DNA of 64,000 nt from a bacterium. Lineage in GTDB: Bacteria > Bacillota_I > Bacilli_A > RFN20 > CAG-288. The position numbers and the translations under genes are program-made. Shown here in pieces: positions 9,852 to 19,462 of this stretch. The first letter of the stretch is position 1. Every line of letters begins with the position of its first letter. The stretch lies in contig CAVILQ010000003.1 in NCBI GenBank assembly GCA_963643715.1, forward strand, positions 3,219 through 67,218. The letters are read 5' to 3'. A model generated the notes under the pieces. It was not told where the DNA came from and searched no databases. It saw nothing but the letters and a program-made list of their open reading frames with translations.

Positions 9852-10502
9852 TCAGATGTCCTTCTTTTCCATTTTGTCTACACTGACTTGGTAAGTGAAA
9901 AGATTCAGTAAGATAAAACATAGTAGTCCAATTAATAAATAAAGGACCTGATAGAGGATGTTTCCACCGAAATCGAGCACCTCTCCAACGGATGGAAGAT
10001 AGGCTAATACGATTCCAAAGAAGGAAAAACAGGCAAAGGAAACGAAGATAGGAAGGAGTGTGGCTAGATATCTCTTTGGTGCTGTTTTGATATATAACGG
10101 CCAAAGACATAAGTTGTAGATGCCATAGCTTAAGAAGGAACATCCAAAGATGGAAAATATGCTATCAAGTCCGGGGATTGCTAGCATCATATCTGTGGAA
10201 AAAAGATATTGCTTTAATAGCAGTACCGGAAGAGATAGCAGCATGAATGTGACTTCAAAGAAGACGGTCATGAAGAGCTTTGATTTAACATATTCTTTCT
10301 TTGAAATGGGGATGAGCGAAGAGAATGTCATATCGTTATTCTCGCTGATGCATGAGACATAACTGTTGATGCTGATTGTTAATGGAAGGAAGAACGTTAT
10401 CGTTGCAGGATAAGTCGGAAGCAAAAGAAGAAGAACAGCCAAGTATCCAAGATAGAAGACAGGATTCAAAAGAAGGAATTCTTTTTTCATTAGTGCTTTC
10501 AT
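9852..10502 (-). CDS. ABC-2 type transporter permease / membrane protein
   Basis: ~6 predicted TM helices; translationally coupled between ABC ATPase and GntR genes. Confidence 0.55.
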   Translation of the reverse strand: MKALMKKEFLLLNPVFYLGYLAVLLLLLPTYPATITFFLPLTISINSYVSCISENNDMTFSSLIPISKKEYVKSKLFMTVFFEVTFMLLSLPVLLLKQYLFSTDMMLAIPGLDSIFSIFGCSFLSYGIYNLCLWPLYIKTAPKRYLATLLPIFVSFACFSFFGIVLAYLPSVGEVLDFGGNILYQVLYLLIGLLCFILLNLFTYQVSVDKMEKKDI

Positions 10503-11356
10503 CTTTCTTTCCCCCTTTCTGTGAGTATCATAATCTGTTCAATTGTCGGTTTTGAAATGCTGACAGAGGAAGGTATCTTATCCTCATCTTCCTTTTTGAT
10601 TAAGGCCTCAAATGAATAGGGAGTCTCCTTGATTCCGATGATGATGTTATCCGGTATCTGTTCACCAATTGATTTCGAACAGATGAGCAATCGATAACTA
10701 TTGATAAAGGCATCCTTCTCATCGGAGAGGATGATCTTTCCGTTCTTGATATAGGTGATATAATCCGCAACTGCTTCCAAGTCTGAAATGATCTGTGTAG
10801 AGAAGATGATGCTGTGTTCTCCATCTCTGATATAGTTCTGAAATTCGCTGAGAACTTCATCTCTGGAGAAAGGATCCAATCCGGATGTTGGCTCATCTAG
10901 AATGAGAAGCTTAGCATGATGTGACATCGCCAAAGACAAAAGGAACTTAGTTTTCATGCCATTGGATAGTTCCTTGAATTTTTTCTTTTCGTCTAAGGAG
11001 AAGTGCTTGATCAAGGAGTTGTATTTCTCGTCATCAAAATGATGATAGAAAGGTGCAATTGCTTTTTTGATTGTGCAAAGTCTGAAGTTGGAATAGATAT
11101 CTAGTCCACCAAGCATCAATGCGACATCCTGCTTTAATTCGGATTCATTGGTATCTTCGAGTTTCTTTCCGAACAATGTGATTTCACCGGAATCAAAATG
11201 GATCAGTTTATAGATGGATTTGATGGTGGTAGTCTTTCCTGCTCCGTTCTTTCCGATGAAACCCATGATATATCCTGCTTCAAGAGAAAAGGACACATCC
11301 TGAAGGGCAAAGTTTGGATAGGACTTATGAAGATTCTTGACAGTCAGAATTGCCAT
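10499..11356 (-). CDS. ABC transporter ATP-binding protein
   Basis: Walker A GKNGAGKTT, signature LSNGMKTKFLL, Walker B LLILDEPTSGLDP; start set to MAILTVKNL with GGAGGTG RBS 5 nt upstream. Confidence 0.9.
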   Translation of the reverse strand: MAILTVKNLHKSYPNFALQDVSFSLEAGYIMGFIGKNGAGKTTTIKSIYKLIHFDSGEITLFGKKLEDTNESELKQDVALMLGGLDIYSNFRLCTIKKAIAPFYHHFDDEKYNSLIKHFSLDEKKKFKELSNGMKTKFLLSLAMSHHAKLLILDEPTSGLDPFSRDEVLSEFQNYIRDGEHSIIFSTQIISDLEAVADYITYIKNGKIILSDEKDAFINSYRLLICSKSIGEQIPDNIIIGIKETPYSFEALIKKEDEDKIPSSVSISKPTIEQIMILTERGKER

Positions 11357-11493
11357 AGCACACCTCCGTATATACTCAGTATACACAGTTATAGGGTCCT
11401 TTCAATCTTTTCTCATCTATTTAGCTCTTCTCTTTGTTAAGTTTCCTTTGCTCTTTATCTTTAAAAGTTTTATAGTTTATATATAGCGAAGAA

Positions 11494-12240
11494 ATGAGGA
11501 CCGTTATGGACGATAATATTGTTTTCGGAAAAATACCTGTCAAAAATGCCATTGTTGGAAACAGAAAGCCGGTTCGTGTCTTTTTAAATGCGAATCATCC
11601 AGATCCTGAGATTCTATCTTTGGCTAGAAAGAATTCTCTTCCTGTGAAGATGATTTCAGCTGAGGAATTGAATCATTTATCTAACAACAAGAATCATCAA
11701 GGCGTAGTCTGCTCTATGCCTGAATTCCATTTCACGGAATTATATGATCTTCTTTCCACTGTGAAGGATAAGAAGGATTCCACCATCATCATGTTAGATG
11801 GAATCGAGGATCCTGTTAATTTCGGTTCTATCATCCGTACATCCACAGGATTTAACGTGGACGGCATCATCATCGGAAAGAATAGACAGGTTCAAGTGAC
11901 AGGAACGGTCTCGAAAGTTGCAACAGGTGGAGAGGAAATCATTCCGATTGTCCAAGTGACAAACCTCTCACAGACTCTTGAAAAACTGAAGAAAGAAGGA
12001 TACTGGGTTGTTGCTTCAGCAGGTGAAGGCAAGGATGTCTATGATGAAATTGACTATTCCGGAAAGATAGTCCTTGTTATCGGAAGCGAAGGATTTGGTG
12101 TCTCGAAGCTTGTTCGTGAACATTCAGACTTCATCGCATCCATTCCCCTTGAAGGCAAGGTGAAAGCCTTAAACGCAAGCATCGCTTGTGCAGTCTTTGT
12201 CGCTCAAATTGATTCTTATCGCAGAAAAAAACGTAAATAG
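11494..12240 (+). CDS. rlmB: 23S rRNA (guanosine-2'-O-)-methyltransferase RlmB (SpoU/TrmH family)
   Basis: SpoU substrate-binding N-domain and methylase motifs IIMLDGIEDPVNFGSIIRTSTGFNVDGIII, LVIGSEGFGVS; size and context as Bacillus yacO. Confidence 0.8.
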   Translation: MRTVMDDNIVFGKIPVKNAIVGNRKPVRVFLNANHPDPEILSLARKNSLPVKMISAEELNHLSNNKNHQGVVCSMPEFHFTELYDLLSTVKDKKDSTIIMLDGIEDPVNFGSIIRTSTGFNVDGIIIGKNRQVQVTGTVSKVATGGEEIIPIVQVTNLSQTLEKLKKEGYWVVASAGEGKDVYDEIDYSGKIVLVIGSEGFGVSKLVREHSDFIASIPLEGKVKALNASIACAVFVAQIDSYRRKKRK

Positions 12241-12344
12241 TATTTTATAAATCATAGTCGACTCTTCTACAGCACTGAGATATATCCAGAGAAAGAAAGC
12301 TTGATAGCTTTTTATGTTTTCTATGGATTTGGAGGTGCGTAACA

Positions 12345-13040
12345 ATGAAACACGCTAGTCGAGTCTATGAAAATCGTATGTTGCGGGACGAGATGAAGCT
12401 GGTCTTTGACAAGGATTCCAGCAAGTTGATGACGGTCGAAGCTGAATTCCCAAATCTGGGATATGAGTTTGAGGCCTATTCGCTTTCGGAACTTGCGATG
12501 ATCGCGAAAACTGATGATGTGGCAAGGGATGAATTCATGAGAAGAGTCGAACCTTCTTTACGACACTACGTCAAGTATGTCTGTGATGTAAGGACATTTT
12601 TGGATTACAATGCTGTTTACACAACATTGATCAAGGCAGCCAACAAGGTGATTGATATCTATATCTCCTCCTTTGGTGCTCCAGTTGAGAATCTTTTGAG
12701 AAAGAACTTTCAGTCGTATTTCAATTGGTTTGTCAAAAATGAAGGAGTTCGATATCATCGCGAACTAGCTGCATTAGGAAAGAAGGTTTGTGTCTCAGAA
12801 CTCACTTTCTTTGACAGTGTCAAGGAAGGAGAAGATGTGACGACCATGATTGTAGACAAAGTCGATTTTGAGCGCTTTATGGAAACATTGAGCAAAGAGG
12901 ATGTCGATATTCTGACGATGTATAGGATGTCCTTTTCTTATCGTGAGATTGCTGAGATCATGGCAGTTTCTAGTTCCACTATTGCCTATCGAATCAACAC
13001 ACTGTTGAAGAAATTCAAGAAGATGAGGGAGAAGAAGTGA
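12345..13040 (+). CDS. putative sigma-70 family RNA polymerase sigma factor, divergent SigH-like
   Basis: C-terminal region-4 HTH LSKEDVDILTMYRMSFSYREIAEIMAVSSSTIAYRINTLLKKF; 231 aa; lies downstream of rlmB as sigH does in Bacillus; region 2 weakly recognisable. Confidence 0.5.
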   Translation: MKHASRVYENRMLRDEMKLVFDKDSSKLMTVEAEFPNLGYEFEAYSLSELAMIAKTDDVARDEFMRRVEPSLRHYVKYVCDVRTFLDYNAVYTTLIKAANKVIDIYISSFGAPVENLLRKNFQSYFNWFVKNEGVRYHRELAALGKKVCVSELTFFDSVKEGEDVTTMIVDKVDFERFMETLSKEDVDILTMYRMSFSYREIAEIMAVSSSTIAYRINTLLKKFKKMREKK

Positions 13041-13076
13041 TTGTCTATTTCTGATTTTGATATAATCTATAGGTGA

Positions 13077-13949
13077 ATGAACCGCACTGCTATAACTATC
13101 ATTGTTCCTGTCTATCACAAAAGTGAATTCCTCAAGGAATGTCTTTCTTCTTTAAAAGAACAGGATTTTTCATTACCGTATCAGATTGTTATGATCGATT
13201 GCTGTGGCGAAGAAAGCTGCAGCAATCTTGCAAAGTCCTTTGAAAGAACGGATAGTCGTTTTTTCTATTATCGTTGGGAAATGAATAAGGGACCCGGATA
13301 TTCTAGAAACCTTGGAATCTTTCATTCTGCTGGTGAATATATCGGTTTTGTAGATGGAGATGACGTTGTAAAGCAAAATTATCTTTCTTTGCTATATGAG
13401 AAAGCAAAGAAGACAGATGCCGATGTTGTCACTTGTGGTTACTATCTCTTTGGCAAAAAAAGAAGATTCCCTGGTTATTCTCGTGTGAGAAAGACGACCG
13501 ATGGAAAGACAGTATTGAAGAGAATCTATAAGAGTGATCGTGGAAAGTTTCGTACCTTCTGTTGGGGAAGACTCTATAAGAAGAGTTTGCTTTTTGAAAA
13601 CAGGATCCTCTTCCCTCAGGATTTGATACAGTATGAGGACTGGCTTTTCATGAATGTTGTCTTGATTCATGCAAAAAAGGTAGTCTTTGTGAAGAATATG
13701 CTATACGGATATCGTCAAAGATATGATTCCATCATGTCAGATTATCACGATAGGTTTGCTTATCATAAGTCAGCAATTGAGAGATCAATTTCCTATATCA
13801 CTTCAAAAGATGATGCGTTTGCCAAGAAACTATTCACTCATCTTTCTCTTCTTGTGAGAATGCAGCTGTACTACGACTTAAAAGGCATGAAACATAAAGA
13901 AAAGAAGAAACGAATACAGGAAGTTGAGAAACTGTTTTACAAGAGGTGA
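13077..13949 (+). CDS. glycosyltransferase family 2 protein
   Basis: ITIIVPVYHKSEFLKECLSSLKEQ...; DxD-type GFVDGDDVV; typical GT2 N-terminal fold. Confidence 0.8.
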   Translation: MNRTAITIIVPVYHKSEFLKECLSSLKEQDFSLPYQIVMIDCCGEESCSNLAKSFERTDSRFFYYRWEMNKGPGYSRNLGIFHSAGEYIGFVDGDDVVKQNYLSLLYEKAKKTDADVVTCGYYLFGKKRRFPGYSRVRKTTDGKTVLKRIYKSDRGKFRTFCWGRLYKKSLLFENRILFPQDLIQYEDWLFMNVVLIHAKKVVFVKNMLYGYRQRYDSIMSDYHDRFAYHKSAIERSISYITSKDDAFAKKLFTHLSLLVRMQLYYDLKGMKHKEKKKRIQEVEKLFYKR

Positions 13950-13952
13950 GGT

Positions 13953-14846
13953 ATGAAGAGAGAAATCTTTGAGAATCTAGCGAGAAAACTCTATTTTCAT
14001 CGTAACGAAAATGCAATCAAATCCGATAACGGAAAGGCTTTGCTGATCGGATCAAGCCATGATTTTCCAAATGCTATATTGATCGCAAGTGAATGCGCTA
14101 TTCTGTCCGGCAACGGATATAATGCGGTCTCTGTTCCAGATTCAGTTTATCCTATTGTCTTTTCAAGAGTTTCTCCTTTATGCATCCACCAAGAGATTGT
14201 GTGTGCTAAAGATGATTTCCTTTTGGATGGCTTATTCTATCTTAAGAAATATGATTCGGTTCTTTTTGGAAATGGAGTCTCTGTTTCAGAGAAGAATTAT
14301 AAGTTTCTAAGGGGATTGATTGAGAATGCAGAAAAGAATCTGGTTTTAGATGCAAGCGCGCTTCGATTGTTATCAGAATACGGATCTGACATTCTCAAAT
14401 TGAAAAAGAAGGATACTAAAATTCTGTTGACTCCACATCTAGGAGAGGCCGGTGCGTTGCTTCATGATAGTCTTCATTCTAAAAATCCGGATGATTTCCT
14501 TTTGAAGGCAAAAGAGTTTGCACAGGAATATGATGTCTCGATTCTTTTAAAGAGCATATCATCGATTCTAGTGCTTCCGGATGGAAGTAGTTTCCATTCC
14601 GATTACTCTCCTACTGTCTCACTTGCAAAAGCGGGATCAGGAGATGGCTTGTCTGGTTATATCACAGGTCTATTATCCTTTGCTGAGAAGTATGTGAGTT
14701 ATTCGGATGCGATTCTATTTGCAGATACGATGGTTCATCTTGCTATGTCAGAATTGGAGAAAATCAATTCACCATCCCTCTATTCGATTCTCTCACTAAG
14801 AGAGGGGATGGAAATTGTGTTGAGTCGTTTGAAAAAGGAAGAATAG
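13953..14846 (+). CDS. nnrD: ADP-dependent NAD(P)H-hydrate dehydratase (YjeF C-terminal/Nnr family)
   Basis: LTPHLGEAGALL matches YjeF_C ITPHPGEFARL; GSGDGLSG matches GSGDVLAG. Confidence 0.7.
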   Translation: MKREIFENLARKLYFHRNENAIKSDNGKALLIGSSHDFPNAILIASECAILSGNGYNAVSVPDSVYPIVFSRVSPLCIHQEIVCAKDDFLLDGLFYLKKYDSVLFGNGVSVSEKNYKFLRGLIENAEKNLVLDASALRLLSEYGSDILKLKKKDTKILLTPHLGEAGALLHDSLHSKNPDDFLLKAKEFAQEYDVSILLKSISSILVLPDGSSFHSDYSPTVSLAKAGSGDGLSGYITGLLSFAEKYVSYSDAILFADTMVHLAMSELEKINSPSLYSILSLREGMEIVLSRLKKEE

Positions 14847-14907
14847 AAAAAACTCGGCATAGTTCTGTTATCTACTTGTGTTAGACAACAGGACGCCGAG
14901 TTTTCAT
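14847..14907. terminator. Convergent-gene terminator, long imperfect hairpin
   Basis: aaactcggc ... gccgagttt stem (9 bp) with internal pairing, T-run follows; between nnrD (+) and pepF (-) stops. Confidence 0.4.
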
Positions 14908-16638
14908 TTACTTATCGATTTTGGAAAGGTCGAACTTCTTCAAATATTCCATCACGTTCTCGCTGACATTCTTCAATGTGTCTCCGTCCATCGGGTTTGC
15001 GATGTCTGCTTTTTTAAGAAGACTGCGGAAAGGAAGTGTTCCGCCAAGACGGTCGAAAGCTAAATATTTATCAAATGCTTTCTTATGGTCTTTTTCGGAC
15101 TCGGCGAAGAATTCAAGAGCGACAACCTGAGCGATAGTATAGTCGAGATAGTACAAAGGATTTTCAAAGATGTGGTGTTGTCTTTCAAAGTATCCGCCTG
15201 ATTCTAAAAAGGCGTTGCCTTCATATTGACGATGCGGCAAATAGGTTCTCTCCAATTCGCGGAAGTACGCTTTTCTTTCTTTGTGTGTGAGTTCAGGATG
15301 CTCATAGACATAAGCTTGGAAGGCGTCGACAATGCATCCGTAAGGGATGAATGTGATAGCATCGCATAAATGCTGATAAAGATATTTGTCCGTATCCTCC
15401 TTGAAGAAGTATTTCATCCAAGGATAGGTTAAATATTCCATGGACATGGAATGCATCTCACAGCATTCCATACCCGGATTCCTATAAGCAGGAACATCGG
15501 TTCCTTCGGCACCTAAGAATCCCTGAAGCGAATGACCGAATTCATGAGTCAAGACATCAACATCTCCGCTTGTTCCATTGAAATTGGAGAAGATGAATGC
15601 AGTCTTAAGACTGGGAAGATAGTCCATGTATCCGCCACCTGACTTACCTTTCTTTGCAAGGAGGTCCATGCAGTGATGGTCAACCATGAAGTTGAAGTAC
15701 TTGCTCGCGACAGGGGAGAGTTCTTCGTACATCTTTCTAGCGGCTTGGATCAATTCATCCGGTGTGCCTTTTGGTGTTGGATTTCCGCTCTTATAGAAGA
15801 TGCTATAGTCATAATAGTGGATGTCTTCATATCCGATTCTTTCCTTCTGTTCTTGGAAGATCTTCTCGGAGAGAGGAACGATGTTCTCAAGGATCTTCTT
15901 GCGATAGACTTCGGCATCCTCCGGAGTCCAGTCGAGTCTTCCCATTCTGTCATATCCGAGATATAGGAAGTTCTTGTATCCTAATTTATGAGCAATCGTA
16001 GTTCTGACCTTGACCATCTTGTCATAGATATCACCAATCTTTTCATCATTCTCGCTATAGAATGACCAGACAGCTTCACTAGCTTCTCTTCTTGTTTCAC
16101 GATCAGAGGATGTGGTGAACTTACCCATCTGGGCAAGGCTGTATTTTTCGCCGCGGAATTCAATCAATGCGCTAGAGACAACATTGATGTAGTCTCTTGT
16201 CAGTTTGTTTTCTTCTACTAAATCAGGAACGATTTCCTTTGAGAAAGTTTTGTTGGAAAGCTCGACTTCGTCAAAGTAGAGTTGTCCGAAGGCTTCCACC
16301 AATTCTTTGCGGAAAGGGGAATCGAAGAAGTCTTTGTCGAAACGGTTGAAGTGCTCGGAAATCTCGGGCGAGATGTTGTCGATGAGTTCGGATAAATCCT
16401 TGTAATACGGATCCTGGGTGTTGATCGTATAGTGGATATAGACTAAAGAGAAGATTGTTCTTACATTATCGGAAAGATTGAAATACTCTCTGACTGTCTT
16501 AATAGCTTCCTCTCCATTTTTGCTATCGACTAATTTCTTGTCTAAAATGTCGATTGCCTCAATGATTTCGTCTTTGTTCGGTCTTTCTACTTTAATCTCT
16601 TCGAGATTTTTGAAATTAGGGTCGAATTGCTGAATCAT
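14908..16638 (-). CDS. pepF: oligoendopeptidase F (M3B family)
   Basis: HEXXH zinc motif VLTHEFGHSLQG; ~576 aa; AAAGGA RBS. Confidence 0.9.
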   Translation of the reverse strand: MIQQFDPNFKNLEEIKVERPNKDEIIEAIDILDKKLVDSKNGEEAIKTVREYFNLSDNVRTIFSLVYIHYTINTQDPYYKDLSELIDNISPEISEHFNRFDKDFFDSPFRKELVEAFGQLYFDEVELSNKTFSKEIVPDLVEENKLTRDYINVVSSALIEFRGEKYSLAQMGKFTTSSDRETRREASEAVWSFYSENDEKIGDIYDKMVKVRTTIAHKLGYKNFLYLGYDRMGRLDWTPEDAEVYRKKILENIVPLSEKIFQEQKERIGYEDIHYYDYSIFYKSGNPTPKGTPDELIQAARKMYEELSPVASKYFNFMVDHHCMDLLAKKGKSGGGYMDYLPSLKTAFIFSNFNGTSGDVDVLTHEFGHSLQGFLGAEGTDVPAYRNPGMECCEMHSMSMEYLTYPWMKYFFKEDTDKYLYQHLCDAITFIPYGCIVDAFQAYVYEHPELTHKERKAYFRELERTYLPHRQYEGNAFLESGGYFERQHHIFENPLYYLDYTIAQVVALEFFAESEKDHKKAFDKYLAFDRLGGTLPFRSLLKKADIANPMDGDTLKNVSENVMEYLKKFDLSKIDK

Positions 16639-16740
16639 GATGTTGTCCTTTCTTTAACAATGATAGAGTTCTCTGAACTTCTTGTTCAGATAGTCAACGT
16701 AATCTTTTGCGGAGAAATCTTCACCGGTGAGATTCTTAAT

Positions 16741-18177
16741 TCACTCCTTTGTGTCATAAAGAGGAGCAGTAGAGAAGACATTGTCTTTCATCCACAAAAG
16801 AATCTCATCCATCTTTCCTTCACTGACTTTCTCCTTCATACCGATTTCTTTTTCCATTTTCTTGCTATAGATGCAGTTTAAGGCATTGCCCATGCTATAG
16901 GTTGGGAAATATCCGAAACCAGAAGACCAATGGACATCCTGGAGGATACCAGACTTGTCATCTGTGACATCGATTCCAAGATATTCCTTATAGAGTCGGT
17001 TCCACTCTTTGTTGAGAGTGCTGAAGTCAGCCTTTCCTTCCATAATCATCTTCTCTAAACGATATCTGATTAGGATATGAAGGGAGTAAGTGAGTTCATC
17101 TGCTTCGGTCCTCAAAGGATTGTCGAAGTCGATATAGTTTGCACCTTCATATAAATCGTCTTCAGTCACATCGGACATTTCATCCTGGAAAATCTTCATG
17201 AACTCAGGATAGATTGCATGGATATATTCCTTGCTTCTTCCGATGACGTTCTCATAGAATCTAGAGACGGATTCATGTTTTGCCATACTGAGAGATCCTT
17301 CTCCGAGATGGTGAATGAATACATCTTCTTTTATATTCTGTCCGAATAAGGCGTGACCACCCTCATGGATGATTGAGAACATATTGGATAGGAAGTTGTC
17401 TTCGAAATAGTGTGTTGTGATTCTGACGTCATTATACGAGAACTGTTCTGTGAATGGATGTTCAGTAGTAGACAAGGAACCACGTTCAAAATCGAATCCG
17501 TTGAATCTCATCAAAAATTCAGAGAATTCAGCCTGCTTACCAATCGGAACTCTTCTTCTTAAGAAGTCGTGTCTAGGCTGGTATGTTGCGTTTCGGACAT
17601 CCTTGAGAAGAGGAACCAATCCTTTTTCCAATTCATCAAAGAAAGGATCAAGATCTTTTGTTGTGAATCCAAACTCGTAGCCAGAGAGCAGAGTATCATA
17701 GAGACTTTGTTTGTTGTAGTTATCCTGTAACTCAACATATCTCTTTTCCAAATCATAGATTTTTTCCAATGTGTCCTTGAACAAGGAATAGTCGTTTTTC
17801 TCTTTGGCATCAATCCAGGTGATATAGGCGTTATTGAATAATTCAGTCCTCTCCTTGTCAAATTCAGGAGTGACATTCTTCTCGGATTCAATCTCTCTGT
17901 TCAACAGAGTGATAAGTCTTTGATCGTAAGGATCAAGTGTGTCGATTTCATCATTGAGCTTAGTGACCAAGTCTCTGAACTCTTTGCTAGAACGGATGGA
18001 GAAGACTTTTGCAGAGAGATAGGATATATCTCTAGCATCATCAGCCATGCCTTTTTTCGGAGCAGCAGTCTCCATGTCGTAATTCAGAATCTGCATCATG
18101 TGTGTCAGAGATTCGCATTGCTTGAGCAAATCATATAGACGGTTGAGTTGTTCGTTCATTGTTGAATAGCCTTTCAT
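16741..18177 (-). CDS. carboxypeptidase Taq-like M32 family metallopeptidase
   Basis: HEGGHALFGQN (HEXXH) and M32 signature LRTEADELTYSLHILIRYRLE (cf. IRxEADExTYxLHI). Confidence 0.85.
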   Translation of the reverse strand: MKGYSTMNEQLNRLYDLLKQCESLTHMMQILNYDMETAAPKKGMADDARDISYLSAKVFSIRSSKEFRDLVTKLNDEIDTLDPYDQRLITLLNREIESEKNVTPEFDKERTELFNNAYITWIDAKEKNDYSLFKDTLEKIYDLEKRYVELQDNYNKQSLYDTLLSGYEFGFTTKDLDPFFDELEKGLVPLLKDVRNATYQPRHDFLRRRVPIGKQAEFSEFLMRFNGFDFERGSLSTTEHPFTEQFSYNDVRITTHYFEDNFLSNMFSIIHEGGHALFGQNIKEDVFIHHLGEGSLSMAKHESVSRFYENVIGRSKEYIHAIYPEFMKIFQDEMSDVTEDDLYEGANYIDFDNPLRTEADELTYSLHILIRYRLEKMIMEGKADFSTLNKEWNRLYKEYLGIDVTDDKSGILQDVHWSSGFGYFPTYSMGNALNCIYSKKMEKEIGMKEKVSEGKMDEILLWMKDNVFSTAPLYDTKE

Positions 18178-18242
18178 TTTGTACCTATCTTATATTTTTT
18201 TCTTTCTTTTCTCAAGATAAGGAAGAGCATATAATACTAATT

Positions 18243-19277
18243 ATGAAGAAACTGAAGATTGATATGTTATCTCGTGCCACTAGCGTTCCGGCACAAGGAG
18301 TCGGTAGTGTTTATATTGAATTGATGCGACTGCTTGAAAAATACGGCAAGGATGATTTTGATGTCCGTGAAAACGAGCTCTCTTCTAAAATGGACATCTA
18401 TCACATTCATTCCGTCAATTACCCGTTCTATCAGATGATGAATGAGAAGCGTATAACGATATGTTTTGTCCATTTTATGCCGGATACATTAGAAGGAAGC
18501 ATCAAACTTCCTAAGTCAGCTTTTGAACTGTTTAAACGATACGTTGTGTCTTTTTATAAAAAAGCAAAGGAAATCGTTGTAGTGAATCCATCCTTCAAAC
18601 AGGAACTTGTTGAATACGGGTTGGATGAGAAAAGAATCACATATATCCCTAATTTCGTCTCCAAAAGCGAATATTTTGCATTGGATGAAGATAAGAAAAA
18701 AGAAATCAGAAAGCGCTATAATCTTCCCTCTGATGCCTTTGTTGTCCTCGGTGTAGGACAGGTCCAGACAAGAAAAGGAATCCTTGATTTCATAAAGATG
18801 AGCGAAGAGAATCCAGATATGTACTTTATCTGGGCAGGAGGCTTCTCCTTCAAGAACATGACAGATGGCTATCATGAACTGAAGAAGGAAATGAGCAAAA
18901 AGAGAAAGAATCTTATCTTCTTAGGGATTGTGGACAGAGATAAGATGAATGAAGTCTACAACATGGCTGATGTATTTGTTTTGCCTTCCTATAATGAGTT
19001 ATTCCCGATGGCGCTTTTAGAAAACTGCTCTGTCGGAAAGCCGTACATTGTACGAAATTTGGATTTATATAAAGATATTCTTGTTGATGATTATATGAAG
19101 GCGAATGATGTTGAAGACTTCAATGTTTTGTTACGAAAACTCAAAGAAGATAAGTCGTTTTATGATTCTGGTGTTGCTCTTTCAAAAGAAATAACAACAA
19201 AATACAGCGAAGAGAATCTCTATATGATGTGGAGAGACTATTATTGGAAAATTTACAATAAGTACCATAAAGAATAA
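18243..19277 (+). CDS. glycosyltransferase family 4 (GT-B, glycolipid synthase-like)
   Basis: GT4 C-terminal features (NMADVFVLPSYNELFPMALLE; E-x7-E-like region); start set to MKKLKIDML, upstream extension lacks RBS. Confidence 0.65.
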   Translation: MKKLKIDMLSRATSVPAQGVGSVYIELMRLLEKYGKDDFDVRENELSSKMDIYHIHSVNYPFYQMMNEKRITICFVHFMPDTLEGSIKLPKSAFELFKRYVVSFYKKAKEIVVVNPSFKQELVEYGLDEKRITYIPNFVSKSEYFALDEDKKKEIRKRYNLPSDAFVVLGVGQVQTRKGILDFIKMSEENPDMYFIWAGGFSFKNMTDGYHELKKEMSKKRKNLIFLGIVDRDKMNEVYNMADVFVLPSYNELFPMALLENCSVGKPYIVRNLDLYKDILVDDYMKANDVEDFNVLLRKLKEDKSFYDSGVALSKEITTKYSEENLYMMWRDYYWKIYNKYHKE

Positions 19278-19462
19278 TTTTTTAATAGAAAACGTATTTT
19301 CATAATCTGAATGAATTGTGTGATGAATATGAACAGGTTTATCACTTGATTGAGATACGAATTTTGCTTTGCTTGAAATCTAACGCAAATATTTGTATCT
19401 ACTTGAGAGTATTTTTGGTAAAATAACACTTGATTTATTTATTAATTAAAGAGGTAAAGAAA

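Noticed and set aside
18159-18242. Upstream extension of the GT4 gene (MLNSLSFCTYLIFFSFF...) overlapping the M32 peptidase start
   Set aside because: Hydrophobic junk-like sequence and no RBS. MKKLKIDML is the start more consistent with the GT4 family.
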